Positions 19,091-27,728 of a DNA stretch of 32,000 nucleotides are shown here, piece by piece. Positions within the stretch are counted from its first letter, which is position 1. The number at the start of each line of letters is the position of its first letter. A program made the translations under genes and the position numbers. Source of the stretch: Candidatus Thorarchaeota archaeon (GTDB lineage: Archaea; Asgardarchaeota; Thorarchaeia; Thorarchaeales; Thorarchaeaceae); assembly GCA_038893995.1 (NCBI GenBank), contig JAWAQK010000016.1, positions 231 to 32,230 of the forward strand, in the 5' to 3' direction. The notes below the pieces were generated by a model. The model searched no databases and was not told the origin of the DNA. It saw only the letters and a program-made list of their open reading frames with translations.

Positions 19091-20203
19091 ATGGTCGCCC
19101 GGGTGGCAGGACGAAACCCTGTCCGAATGGCGTCCAGGAGAAAGAGAGAGTTGGAGAGACAGACTCTGGCCATTGTCCTAGTAGTGGTCATCGTCGCAGC
19201 AGGCGTTGGACTCGTCGTACTTGGTCCAACACTGTTCCCGCAAGAGCCGCGAGTGGCGATAGTCTTTGCGACTGGTGGACTAGGCGATAAGTCATTCAAC
19301 GATGCTGCCTACAAGGGTGTGATGGACTTCAAGAGAGACTATGGATGGAACTTCGCATACGCCGAACCCACCCAAATTGCAGAATACGAGGGGTTCCTGC
19401 GTGACTTTGCTGCTCACGAGGGAAGGGCACCATACGACATCATAATCTCGATTGGCTTCGACCAGAACGAGGCGTTGTACAAAGTCGCAGGAGAATATCC
19501 GAATCAGAAGTTCGCAATAGTGGACATGTTCAACAACCGAACAAGCAATGTTGCTTCGCTGCTGTTCAGTGAGCATGAGGGTTCAGCGCTGGTCGGCGCA
19601 ATCGCAGGTCTCATGACCAGGACCAACAAGCTTGGGTTCATCGGGGGTATGAACATCCCGTTGATCAACAAGTTTGCGGCTGGGTATAGATTCGGTGCCA
19701 ACTACACGAACAACCAGACCACTGTGAGCATACAGTACACAGGAAGTTGGGTTGACACCGCAGCGGGCCAGGCACTTGCAGATGGCATGTACGCTTCTGG
19801 CGTGGACATAATCTTCGCGGCAGCCGGTAGATCCGGTCTCGGTGTGTTCACTAGCGCGAAGAACCTCAACGGTACGCCTGGCTACGAGAACCCTCTGTGG
19901 GTGATAGGTGTCGACAGCCCGCAGATGTATCTGGGATGTGCAGACCCCAACAATCCTCAACCCCCGACAGTCGGTCTGACCTCGATGCTGAAGAGAGTTG
20001 ACGTTGCAGTCTACAGTATCATCAAGGACGTCTACCTCAACCAGTTCACTGGCGGCATCAAGGTCTTCAACCTGGCAAACGGAGGTCTTGACTACGAGAT
20101 CAACACAGACCTGTTGACTCTACCAACCAGTGTCATCCAGGCAGTTGAGGCATTGAAGGCGGCCATAATAGCAGGAACAGTAACAGTTCCAGATACACTG
20201 TAG
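19091..20203 (+). CDS. BMP-family (basic membrane protein/nucleoside) ABC transporter substrate-binding protein, TM-anchored
   Basis: AIVFATGGLGDKSFNDAAYKGVMDF, IISIGFDQNEALYKVAGEYPNQKFAIVD, GGMNIPLINKFAAGYRFGA; N-terminal hydrophobic helix LAIVLVVVIVAAGVGLVVL. Confidence 0.92.
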   Translation: MVARVAGRNPVRMASRRKRELERQTLAIVLVVVIVAAGVGLVVLGPTLFPQEPRVAIVFATGGLGDKSFNDAAYKGVMDFKRDYGWNFAYAEPTQIAEYEGFLRDFAAHEGRAPYDIIISIGFDQNEALYKVAGEYPNQKFAIVDMFNNRTSNVASLLFSEHEGSALVGAIAGLMTRTNKLGFIGGMNIPLINKFAAGYRFGANYTNNQTTVSIQYTGSWVDTAAGQALADGMYASGVDIIFAAAGRSGLGVFTSAKNLNGTPGYENPLWVIGVDSPQMYLGCADPNNPQPPTVGLTSMLKRVDVAVYSIIKDVYLNQFTGGIKVFNLANGGLDYEINTDLLTLPTSVIQAVEALKAAIIAGTVTVPDTL

Positions 20204-20217
20204 GACCCAGTCTATGA

Positions 20218-20249
20218 GAGAGGGCACAATGCCCTCTCATCCCATTTTT
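20218..20249 (+). terminator. Stem-loop plus T-run between the substrate-binding protein and ATPase genes
   Basis: GAGAGGGCA-CAA-TGCCCTCTC perfect 9-bp stem (20218-20238), then ATTTTT (T5 at 20245-20249). Confidence 0.6.
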
Positions 20250-20261
20250 GTGAGAGCGAAC

Positions 20262-20270
20262 GTTATATAG
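20262..20270 (+). promoter_or_regulatory. Candidate archaeal TATA box for the ATPase gene
   Basis: GTTATATAG, about 70 nt upstream of the inferred ATPase start, implying a TSS near 20292 and an approximately 40-nt leader that contains GGAGG (20321-20325). Confidence 0.55.
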
Positions 20271-20333
20271 TCTGGCAGAGCTCAGGCCATGCGTCGGTGT
20301 AGGGATTCGGTCTACCCGCAGGAGGAAGCCTGA

Positions 20334-21917
20334 ATCTACGCAGTCGAGCTCGAGAACATAAGCAAGACGTTCCCTGGCGGGGTCATCGCAAACCGAGACA
20401 TCACACTGAGGATAGTAGAGGGAGAGATCCACGCACTGCTCGGTGAGAACGGTGCTGGAAAGACGACTCTGATGAACATCCTGTACGGTCTCATTTCAAA
20501 AGACAGCGGAAGGATCATTGTCAGGGGAGAGGTTGTCGAGCCACGCTCTCCCATGGACATGATAGCCCGAGGCGTAGGGATGGTCCACCAGCACTTCAAG
20601 CTGATCCCAACTCTCACAGTCACCGAGAACGTGGTCCTTGGCATGGAACCCGCCGGCTCTCTCGTCAGGCTGGGCGGGGCAGGGAAGATGTTGAGCGGAC
20701 TCATGCCAATGGACCTCAGAGCCGCAGCCAAGAGAATCAGGGTGATTGCTCAGGAGAACAGAATGCTGGTAGACCCAAACGCGCGGGTTCAGGACATCCC
20801 CATCGGTGTTCAGCAGCGGGTGGAGATCATCAAGTGCCTCTACAGGTCCGCAAACATCCTCATCCTAGACGAACCCACCTCAGTATTGACACCTCAGGAA
20901 GTGGACGACCTGTTCGTGACGCTTGAGAGATTCCGAGAGAGCGGGAAGACCATCATCCTGATAACTCACAAGCTGCGAGAGCCAATGATGCTTGCGGACA
21001 GGATCACCGTACTGAGAGATGGCGCGCTCGTGAAGACAGTTCAGAAGAAGGACACCTCACCTGCTGAGCTGGCCAGAATGATGGTGGGGCGTCCTGTGGA
21101 GTTCACTGTGGAGAAGCCACCTACGACACCTGGACCGGTGGTCCTCGAGGTCACAGGACTCGGACTAGAGGTAGAGGGTAGGTCCGTACTCAAGGACATC
21201 AATCTCAGTGTCAGACAGGGAGAGATACTGGGCATTGCAGGAGTGGAGGGGAATGGCCAGACCGAACTTGTTGAGACAGTGGCGGGGCTCAGGAGACCAA
21301 CACGAGGACGAGTCCTGGTCGCGGGAATTGACGTCACAGGGAAGGGCGTAAGACAGGTACGTGCGGCTGGACTCTGTCATATTCCCGAGGATCGCCAGAA
21401 GAGAGGACTCGTACTGGGTTTCAGCGTGGAGGAGAATCTCATACTGGGCTCGCACAGGCTTCCAAGTACGACGACTGGTCCCGCTCACGCACTGTTGAAC
21501 CACGCTGCGGTAAGGGGAATCTCGTCCGAGCTTGTGCAGAAGTTCTCGATAAGGTTGCCTACTGTGACCGCACTTGCAGGCACTCTCTCCGGTGGGAACC
21601 AGCAGAAGGTGGTCGTGGCCCGAGAGCTCTCTTCTGGACCAAAGGCCGTTCTTGCTGCTCAGCCAACGCGCGGGCTAGATGTAGGTGCCACCGAACAGAT
21701 CCACAGACTACTCATCGAGATGAGGAATGCAGGTGCTGGAATACTTCTGGTGTCAGCAGAACTCGACGAGGTGCGAAGTCTCTCTGACCGCATCGCGGTG
21801 ATGTTCAATGGTAGAATTGTAGCATTCCGAGAGCCTGACACGAGTCCTGAGGAGCTGGGGCTTCTCATGGCAGGTCAGTCGGTAGATGACAGAACAGAGG
21901 TCGAATCGTCGGTATGA
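20334..21917 (+). CDS. BMP-family ABC transporter ATP-binding protein (two ABC domains); N-terminus extended relative to the ORF track
   Basis: The frame upstream of ATG 20472 translates as IYAVELENISKTFPGGVIANRDITLRIVEGEIHALLGENGAGKTTL (Walker A), continuing to MNILYGLISKDSG. The first domain has Walker B LILDEPTSVLTP. The second domain has GVEGNGQTEL and LSGGNQQKVVVARELS. The initiation codon is uncertain because the frame has TGA at 20331-20333. Confidence 0.88.
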   Translation: MYAVELENISKTFPGGVIANRDITLRIVEGEIHALLGENGAGKTTLMNILYGLISKDSGRIIVRGEVVEPRSPMDMIARGVGMVHQHFKLIPTLTVTENVVLGMEPAGSLVRLGGAGKMLSGLMPMDLRAAAKRIRVIAQENRMLVDPNARVQDIPIGVQQRVEIIKCLYRSANILILDEPTSVLTPQEVDDLFVTLERFRESGKTIILITHKLREPMMLADRITVLRDGALVKTVQKKDTSPAELARMMVGRPVEFTVEKPPTTPGPVVLEVTGLGLEVEGRSVLKDINLSVRQGEILGIAGVEGNGQTELVETVAGLRRPTRGRVLVAGIDVTGKGVRQVRAAGLCHIPEDRQKRGLVLGFSVEENLILGSHRLPSTTTGPAHALLNHAAVRGISSELVQKFSIRLPTVTALAGTLSGGNQQKVVVARELSSGPKAVLAAQPTRGLDVGATEQIHRLLIEMRNAGAGILLVSAELDEVRSLSDRIAVMFNGRIVAFREPDTSPEELGLLMAGQSVDDRTEVESSV

Positions 21918-23416
21918 GCGAAGATGAGTCAATGGCCAGACAGGGCTCAGTCGAGGAGGCGGACTCCCTCGCCACAAGAGTCAGGTCTCTAGTCCGTAAC
22001 GGGACATCGAGACTAGTCGAGCGGGCAACAAGTGAGGAAACTATGAAGCAACTCCTCTGGACCGGTGGATCGATCGTCCTGTCCCTGCTGATTGTCGCGG
22101 CGATCATGATGCTCGTGGGCTACAACCCGCTGCTGGCCTACATAGCGCTATTCAGGGGCATACTAGTACAGTTGGACCGTGTCCTTTTCTACGCCACGCC
22201 GCTCATCTTCACCGGTCTCTCGGTGGCCTTCGCGTTCAAGTGCGGGCTCTTCAACATCGGACCGGAGGGCCAACTCTACATCGGTGCGATGGCTGCAGCC
22301 ATCATCGGATACATGGTGGCATTGCCGATCATTGTACATCCGCTCGCCTGCCTAGTAGTGGCAGGTCTCTCCGGATTTGCATATGGTTTCCTACCGGGTC
22401 TTCTGAAGGCGTACAGGGGTGCACACGAGGTCGTCACCACCATGATGTTGAGCTACATTGCGCTGCTGTTCACTCAGTGGCTCGTCACCTATCCACTCAA
22501 GGAACCAGGTGAGCAACAGTGGATTGCCCAGACCCCACCCCTGTTCTCCACGGCCTGGCTTCCCAGTCTCTTCGGTTCTCCCTTCCTGCACGCAGGTCTG
22601 ATCCTAGCGGTCCTTGCTGTCATCGCTGTGGACTTCATCATCAACCACACAGTACTCGGATATGAAATGCGAGCAGTGGGACTGAATGCAGAAGCGGCTC
22701 GTACCGCAGGAATAGACATCAGACTCAACACCGCACTTGCACTAGGGATTGCTGGCTCACTCGCAGGTATTGGAGGTGCGTCGGAGATCATGGGATACCA
22801 CCACCGCTTTCGAGATGCCTGGTCGACCGGTCTCGGGTGGGACGGCATCACAGTGGCTGTCCTGGGCAGAAACAATCCGTGGGGAGTCCTACTTGGTGCG
22901 TTGTTCTTCGGCGCGCTGAGAGCAGGAGGAAACACCATGCAGTATCAGGCAGGCGTCCCTGCCGAGATGGTCAGCGTGATCCAGGGATTCATCGTACTGT
23001 TCGTGGCTGCCCCAAGGATCGTCCAGTGGGTCATCAAGAGAGGTGGTGAGTACTCGGCCTGGGTGAGGGATGCACGAGTGCCTGGTCTGACCCATCTGTC
23101 GATGACCCTGTGGACGGCACTGTCACCCATCATCGCCATTACGGTTGCGTCGGCAGCACCCTCGATCGCAGTACAGTCTGTCCTGGCACTCGCTGCGGCG
23201 ACCAGCGTGTACGCCTTCATCGGGATGCTCAGAAGGGACCGACGCGGACTGAAATGGGCACTGATTGCCTCACTCCTCTGGGGTGGCGCGACTCTGGCCT
23301 CGCTCCTAGAGGGGGTGCCCAGCTCGCTACCCACACTGGTCATGGCAATCGTCGGATCGAGCATTGCTGCACTGGGATGGCGTGTCAAGGCAGAGGGGCC
23401 ACACATGGGGGACTGA
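21914..23416 (+). CDS. BMP-family ABC transporter permease 1, with a C-terminal TM extension
   Basis: FRGILVQLDRVLFYATPLIFTGLSVAFAFKCGLFNIGPEGQLYIGAM and GLNAEAARTAGIDIRLNTALALGIAGSLAGIGGA. Overlaps the ATPase stop (ATGA-type coupling). Confidence 0.92.
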   Translation: MSEDESMARQGSVEEADSLATRVRSLVRNGTSRLVERATSEETMKQLLWTGGSIVLSLLIVAAIMMLVGYNPLLAYIALFRGILVQLDRVLFYATPLIFTGLSVAFAFKCGLFNIGPEGQLYIGAMAAAIIGYMVALPIIVHPLACLVVAGLSGFAYGFLPGLLKAYRGAHEVVTTMMLSYIALLFTQWLVTYPLKEPGEQQWIAQTPPLFSTAWLPSLFGSPFLHAGLILAVLAVIAVDFIINHTVLGYEMRAVGLNAEAARTAGIDIRLNTALALGIAGSLAGIGGASEIMGYHHRFRDAWSTGLGWDGITVAVLGRNNPWGVLLGALFFGALRAGGNTMQYQAGVPAEMVSVIQGFIVLFVAAPRIVQWVIKRGGEYSAWVRDARVPGLTHLSMTLWTALSPIIAITVASAAPSIAVQSVLALAAATSVYAFIGMLRRDRRGLKWALIASLLWGGATLASLLEGVPSSLPTLVMAIVGSSIAALGWRVKAEGPHMGD

Positions 23417-23423
23417 TGACCGT

Positions 23424-24380
23424 ATGCAACAGATCGATCCCGTGTTGTTTGCATGGTTACTGAAGACGACCCTGCAGATGTCCACACCTCTGGTCATCAC
23501 TGCGCTCGGGGGCATGTTCTCAGAGAGGTCGGGAGTAGTCAATATCGGTCTCGAGGGTATGATGCTCACTGGTGCGTTCGCGGCCGCAGCCGGGTCTCAC
23601 TATACTGGCAACCCGTGGCTTGGTGTACTGTGTGCAATTGCAGCAGGTGCGGGACTGGGATTCATTCACGCCCTCGTCTGTGTCAAGTTCAAGGGCAATC
23701 AGATCGTGAGCGGAACGGGGATAATCCTGGCCGGATTTGGTCTGACCACTGTCGGGCTTGAGGTCATATGGGGCAGGAAGGGGGTATCAGACTCTGTGAC
23801 GGGCCTTCCCAACATGGTGATCCCGGGCATTGGTCAGATACCCCTGATCGGTGGTTTCCTCGAGGTCGCCATCAGCTCAATCTCGCCGCTGGTCGTCGTC
23901 ATGTTCTTACTAGTTCCAGCATGCTACTATGTCATGTACAAGACCCCCCTGGGACTCAGGATAAGATCGGCGGGAGAGGACCCCAGCACGCTTGATACAG
24001 CCGGAGTCGACGTCGACCTGACAAGAATGCTCGCAGTCGTAGTGAGCGGAGCCCTCGCAGGTCTTGGTGGAGCCCACCTGTCAATAGGAATCGAGAACTT
24101 CTTCGCGAAGAACATGACTGCCGGCAGGGGATTCATCTCGCTAGCAGCGCTGATCTTTGGAAACTGGACGCCGATTGGTTGTTTCCTCGCAGGGTTGTTC
24201 TTCGGATTCCTCTATGGTCTTCAGTACTTTGTGGCCCTTCAGTTCCCGGACCTCGTTGCCCTATCGAACTTCTTCAGGATGATACCCTTTGCCGTAGTCA
24301 TTGTTACGATTGCAGGGATACGACGGTCAATACCGCCAAGGGCAATAGGGGTGCCATACGAGAAGGAACAGAGGGCATAG
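23424..24380 (+). CDS. BMP-family ABC transporter permease 2
   Basis: TPLVITALGGMFSERSGVVNIGLEGMMLTGAFAAA, AGEDPSTLDTAGVDVDLTRMLAVVVSGALAGLGGAHLSI. Likely start is ATG 23424 rather than 23364. Confidence 0.92.
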   Translation: MQQIDPVLFAWLLKTTLQMSTPLVITALGGMFSERSGVVNIGLEGMMLTGAFAAAAGSHYTGNPWLGVLCAIAAGAGLGFIHALVCVKFKGNQIVSGTGIILAGFGLTTVGLEVIWGRKGVSDSVTGLPNMVIPGIGQIPLIGGFLEVAISSISPLVVVMFLLVPACYYVMYKTPLGLRIRSAGEDPSTLDTAGVDVDLTRMLAVVVSGALAGLGGAHLSIGIENFFAKNMTAGRGFISLAALIFGNWTPIGCFLAGLFFGFLYGLQYFVALQFPDLVALSNFFRMIPFAVVIVTIAGIRRSIPPRAIGVPYEKEQRA

Positions 24381-24413
24381 GATAGATCGTCGGTTGAAGT
24401 GAAAAAGAGGGAT

Positions 24414-24439
24414 GGGAAATGGACCGTCGTCCACTTCCC
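24414..24439 (-). terminator. Hairpin between convergent genes, followed by a T-run on the minus strand
   Basis: GGGAAATGGAC-CGTC-GTCCACTTCCC (11-bp stem, one mismatch). Read on the minus strand, it is followed by CCTCTTTTTC. Confidence 0.5.
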
Positions 24440-24453
24440 GCACCGAGGCTACA

Positions 24454-25803
24454 CTACCTGCGTCTTGCTATGACTACGAGCGCCACGACACCGACCACGA
24501 TTGCGGCAATCACGATGATTCCGCCGCCACCGCCACCAGCTATCGATACGTTGGTGTAGGCCACGTAGGTCGGGTCTTGCTGCACGCGGTACCCATTCCA
24601 TTCAGGGAATGTGACAGCATACCACCACTGAGAGTTGTGGAATGCATTCATGGCATTTGCCGCGAGCTGTGGGACACCTGCGTACATTGACCTGACTCTG
24701 GCAGACAGACCGTAGGCCATGTGAGCAAATATCAGTGCCGAGAAGGGAGCCTGCCATGCGATCAGAGCGAAGTCATCCCGACGGGCGCCCAGCAGGCAGT
24801 TCAGTGCCTGGTAGTCATCGCCCAGCAATGTCCAGGGAGTCGTGGACTCGTCGTAGAGCGAGTATCTTCGACCCAGTCCAATGTCGAATGCCCTCTCACT
24901 CGAACCAATCTTGATCGTGATGTTGTCAGAGGCTGGAGTCGTTGATGTCGGTGGAGTGATCGTGTGTCCGGTCGACGAGCGTGTAACGTTGTAGTTGCTC
25001 GTGAAGATCGAGAGGTAGTGGACGGCACTGATCTCCATCGTGTCCTTGATCACGAGGCTTGGGTCAATCTCGAAACCAAGATACTTCATCCTCGTGACCT
25101 GACCTATCGTGTAGAGAGTCTCGGCCCTGACCACACCATCTGCCCCCACACGAACGTCATACTGCACCACGAACTCGCTGATCAGAATGTTCATGATCGG
25201 TAGCAGCAATGACAACCAGAAGCCCGCGGGATTGTTGGCATCGACCACCCTACAGGTCAGATTGGTGTACCTCATTCCGAACCTGAAGTGATAGGGTTCC
25301 ACCACTGTGACTGGGATCGCCTCAACGTCCGCCTCGACGTCTGGCCAAGAGGTGTCTCTTGCAAGAGGAACGATGAACCAGGCGTTCTCGTTGCCGACAT
25401 CCGGCAGATTGTTGTTGCCATAGCTCTCGTTATGGACCAGGAGGAAGGCGAATATGGCACCGATGAATACCTCCTTGTTAGACGGTGTCAGGTAGTGCAT
25501 CCCAAACAACTGATATGGGAGCACGAACTTCAGTCCCTCAGTCGTGTAGATCTCGTTGAATGCAATGAGGAATGCCTGGAAGTCACTGACACGGACATAC
25601 GAGGCAGTCATCGTCGCATTCGCTCCGGTGCCCAGTCGGACTGGGATCGAGCTGTTGGTCCAGTAGTCCTCGGCAAACGTGTGTCCAAATACTGCAGCCT
25701 CGTCGCCTGGCGTATAGCCGACGACCAGAGGCGTCAGGCTCGCTGGCACGACCAGCAGGAGCACTAGAGCCAGTGCAAAGGTCCTGTACGTGTCTAGGCT
25801 CAT
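24454..25803 (-). CDS. Secreted/surface protein with N-terminal signal peptide and C-terminal membrane anchor
   Basis: N-terminal TFALALVLLLVVPASLTPLVVG; C-terminal poly-Gly then IIVIAAIVVGVVALVVIARRR; several NxS/T sequons. Confidence 0.8.
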   Translation of the reverse strand: MSLDTYRTFALALVLLLVVPASLTPLVVGYTPGDEAAVFGHTFAEDYWTNSSIPVRLGTGANATMTASYVRVSDFQAFLIAFNEIYTTEGLKFVLPYQLFGMHYLTPSNKEVFIGAIFAFLLVHNESYGNNNLPDVGNENAWFIVPLARDTSWPDVEADVEAIPVTVVEPYHFRFGMRYTNLTCRVVDANNPAGFWLSLLLPIMNILISEFVVQYDVRVGADGVVRAETLYTIGQVTRMKYLGFEIDPSLVIKDTMEISAVHYLSIFTSNYNVTRSSTGHTITPPTSTTPASDNITIKIGSSERAFDIGLGRRYSLYDESTTPWTLLGDDYQALNCLLGARRDDFALIAWQAPFSALIFAHMAYGLSARVRSMYAGVPQLAANAMNAFHNSQWWYAVTFPEWNGYRVQQDPTYVAYTNVSIAGGGGGGIIVIAAIVVGVVALVVIARRR

Positions 25804-25823
25804 GTGATCCTCATCGTAGCCGG

Positions 25824-25833
25824 CATATATACG
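25824..25833 (-). promoter_or_regulatory. Candidate TATA box giving a leaderless transcript for the 449-aa surface protein
   Basis: GTATATATG-like element on the minus strand (cggcatatatacgg on +), centred about 26 nt upstream of ATG 25803. Confidence 0.5.
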
Positions 25834-25984
25834 GCCTATGAACGAGATGTCTGGATGAATCGTATGGATGAATCATCCATTCGACGGGCCGGCACAGCAA
25901 TCACACCTCACTCTCATCCAGACACTAGAGGCCTGTCACATACCGCAGGGTCCAGCGGTGCGTCGGACTGCATTCCAGAGGGGC

Positions 25985-27643
25985 TCACAGAGATTGACCG
26001 CACTTGGGACAGAACTTGGCACCCCTTGTCTCAGCACCACACTTGGGACATCTGCCAGAATATGAGTCCCATAGCGCCTGTACTCGCTCGAGAACACCCT
26101 CTCTCAACAGCTGTCTGGACTGAAGTGCACTGAGGCCTCTCGAGAGTTTCTCACGCCCCTCCGGGTTGGTGAACAGGTTGCCTCTCGTGCATGCGCCCAT
26201 GAGGTCACCCCTGAATCCCGGGACCCGAAGCATCCACTGGTCAATGAGACCCCTGAATGTCTGTTCAAGACCCTTGTCGACGGGGATCAACTCAACTCGT
26301 TCGCCGATCCTGTCCTCTGGGATCACCATAGGTACCACTACAGCGTACGAATTGTCCTCGTAGATGCCGACATAGGTATGAATCTGAATCTGTGTGAGTG
26401 GAGTGATTCCGGCTATTGAGCTGCTCTCTATAGATAGCGATGTCAGCCTGAGGAACTCAGACTGATGGTCGCCGATTGCGTCATCGAGTGCCTTTAGGAC
26501 CCTGTCGGCTGAGTTCTTGACATTCGTCCTGAGTTCATTCAGCTCCGCAAGTGCACGATCCATCTCCTGCCGGGTCTGTTCCACACGTCTGGTCTTCTCA
26601 GCGAGCTGCTTCTGTGTCTCCGAATCGATACGCGAGATCTCCTCCCTGACCCTCGTCTCCGTGGTCTCAGCAGACCTCCTGATCTCGTCCGATTTCCTGT
26701 CGACGTCTCTGATCACCTCGGCATAACGTGGAACAGACTTTGAGATCTCATCTGTGAGGCGTCCGTACCTTGACAGAGCAGATACGACGTTGTCACCACA
26801 CTGGCCAACCTCAGCCCGGGCAGACCTGACTCTCTCTAGTATGTCCTCGAAGAAGCGTTCTATGTCCCCCATTGACCTCGATAGCTCAGCCGTGAGCGCC
26901 CGCAGTTCCATCTTCTGCTTCTCTCTGGCAGAATACTCCATGTCCTTCTGTTGCTTCCTCAGAGTCTCGCTGTCCTGCTGAACACGCTCCTCCGCCTGCC
27001 GGAGACGTAGGTCCCATTTACCCTTCTCACTGGAGATGACGTTGTCGAGTACCGTGATATGACTGCCCAATCTCTCCTGGGCAACTCGCCTCAGCTCCTC
27101 GAGAGTGTCCACTCTCATCCGACAGGCCTCTAGCAGTCTCTTGTACTCCTCCGCCATTGACAGGGCCTTCTGCGAATCCGTTCTCATCTCCATCAGATTG
27201 GGCGAGGATGACAGGTCTGCCTCCGACGTCAGTGCCCCCACACCCTGAAGCAACTCTGGCGGAACGACATTTCCGATCTTCTGAACAGACTTATCGATAT
27301 GCTCTACCGCAGAAAGAAGTCGATCTCGGAGTTTCACCACATCTGCTGCCTCGTGGATCTCGGTCGTCAGGATACGTCTGAACTCATTGAGTCTCTTCCT
27401 GTCGGTCAGTTCGACGGTCTGATCGACACCACCAGATGCTGCCACCAGAAGAGAGCGGTGAGGCGTCACCTGGACTGCCCAGATAGGAAAGACGACAGGA
27501 GAGAACTTTGTGACCGTCTTCCGCCCTCCCCTGGCACTCTCGACTGACAGGAGGGCGAGGGGAGTCACAAGATCGTCACTCACCGGCTCAAGTCGGCCAC
27601 CGGTCCTCCGAAAACCCGATGCAATTGCAAGATATCTGACCAC
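25985..27643 (-). CDS. Long coiled-coil protein with C-terminal zinc ribbon
   Basis: Extended heptad-like charged region (about residues 90-400) and terminal CPKCGAETRGAKFCPKCGQSL zinc-ribbon Cys pairs. Apparent GTG start. Confidence 0.8.
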   Translation of the reverse strand: MVRYLAIASGFRRTGGRLEPVSDDLVTPLALLSVESARGGRKTVTKFSPVVFPIWAVQVTPHRSLLVAASGGVDQTVELTDRKRLNEFRRILTTEIHEAADVVKLRDRLLSAVEHIDKSVQKIGNVVPPELLQGVGALTSEADLSSSPNLMEMRTDSQKALSMAEEYKRLLEACRMRVDTLEELRRVAQERLGSHITVLDNVISSEKGKWDLRLRQAEERVQQDSETLRKQQKDMEYSAREKQKMELRALTAELSRSMGDIERFFEDILERVRSARAEVGQCGDNVVSALSRYGRLTDEISKSVPRYAEVIRDVDRKSDEIRRSAETTETRVREEISRIDSETQKQLAEKTRRVEQTRQEMDRALAELNELRTNVKNSADRVLKALDDAIGDHQSEFLRLTSLSIESSSIAGITPLTQIQIHTYVGIYEDNSYAVVVPMVIPEDRIGERVELIPVDKGLEQTFRGLIDQWMLRVPGFRGDLMGACTRGNLFTNPEGREKLSRGLSALQSRQLLREGVLERVQALWDSYSGRCPKCGAETRGAKFCPKCGQSL

Positions 27644-27728
27644 TCAAACACCCCTGAATTGAAACCAAGCCACGTGCCCCCAATTATGTGTTGTGATGAC
27701 ACGGGCACGGATCCAGGTCCCCCGGGGT

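Noticed and set aside
20289-20333. TGA at 20331 as a selenocysteine codon or programmed readthrough site joining ATG 20289 to the ATPase
   Set aside because: No selenoprotein context or visible SECIS-like element. The TATA element places the TSS at about the ATG itself, and a good SD sits right before ATC 20334. Non-standard initiation or a sequence error is simpler, although it should be tested.
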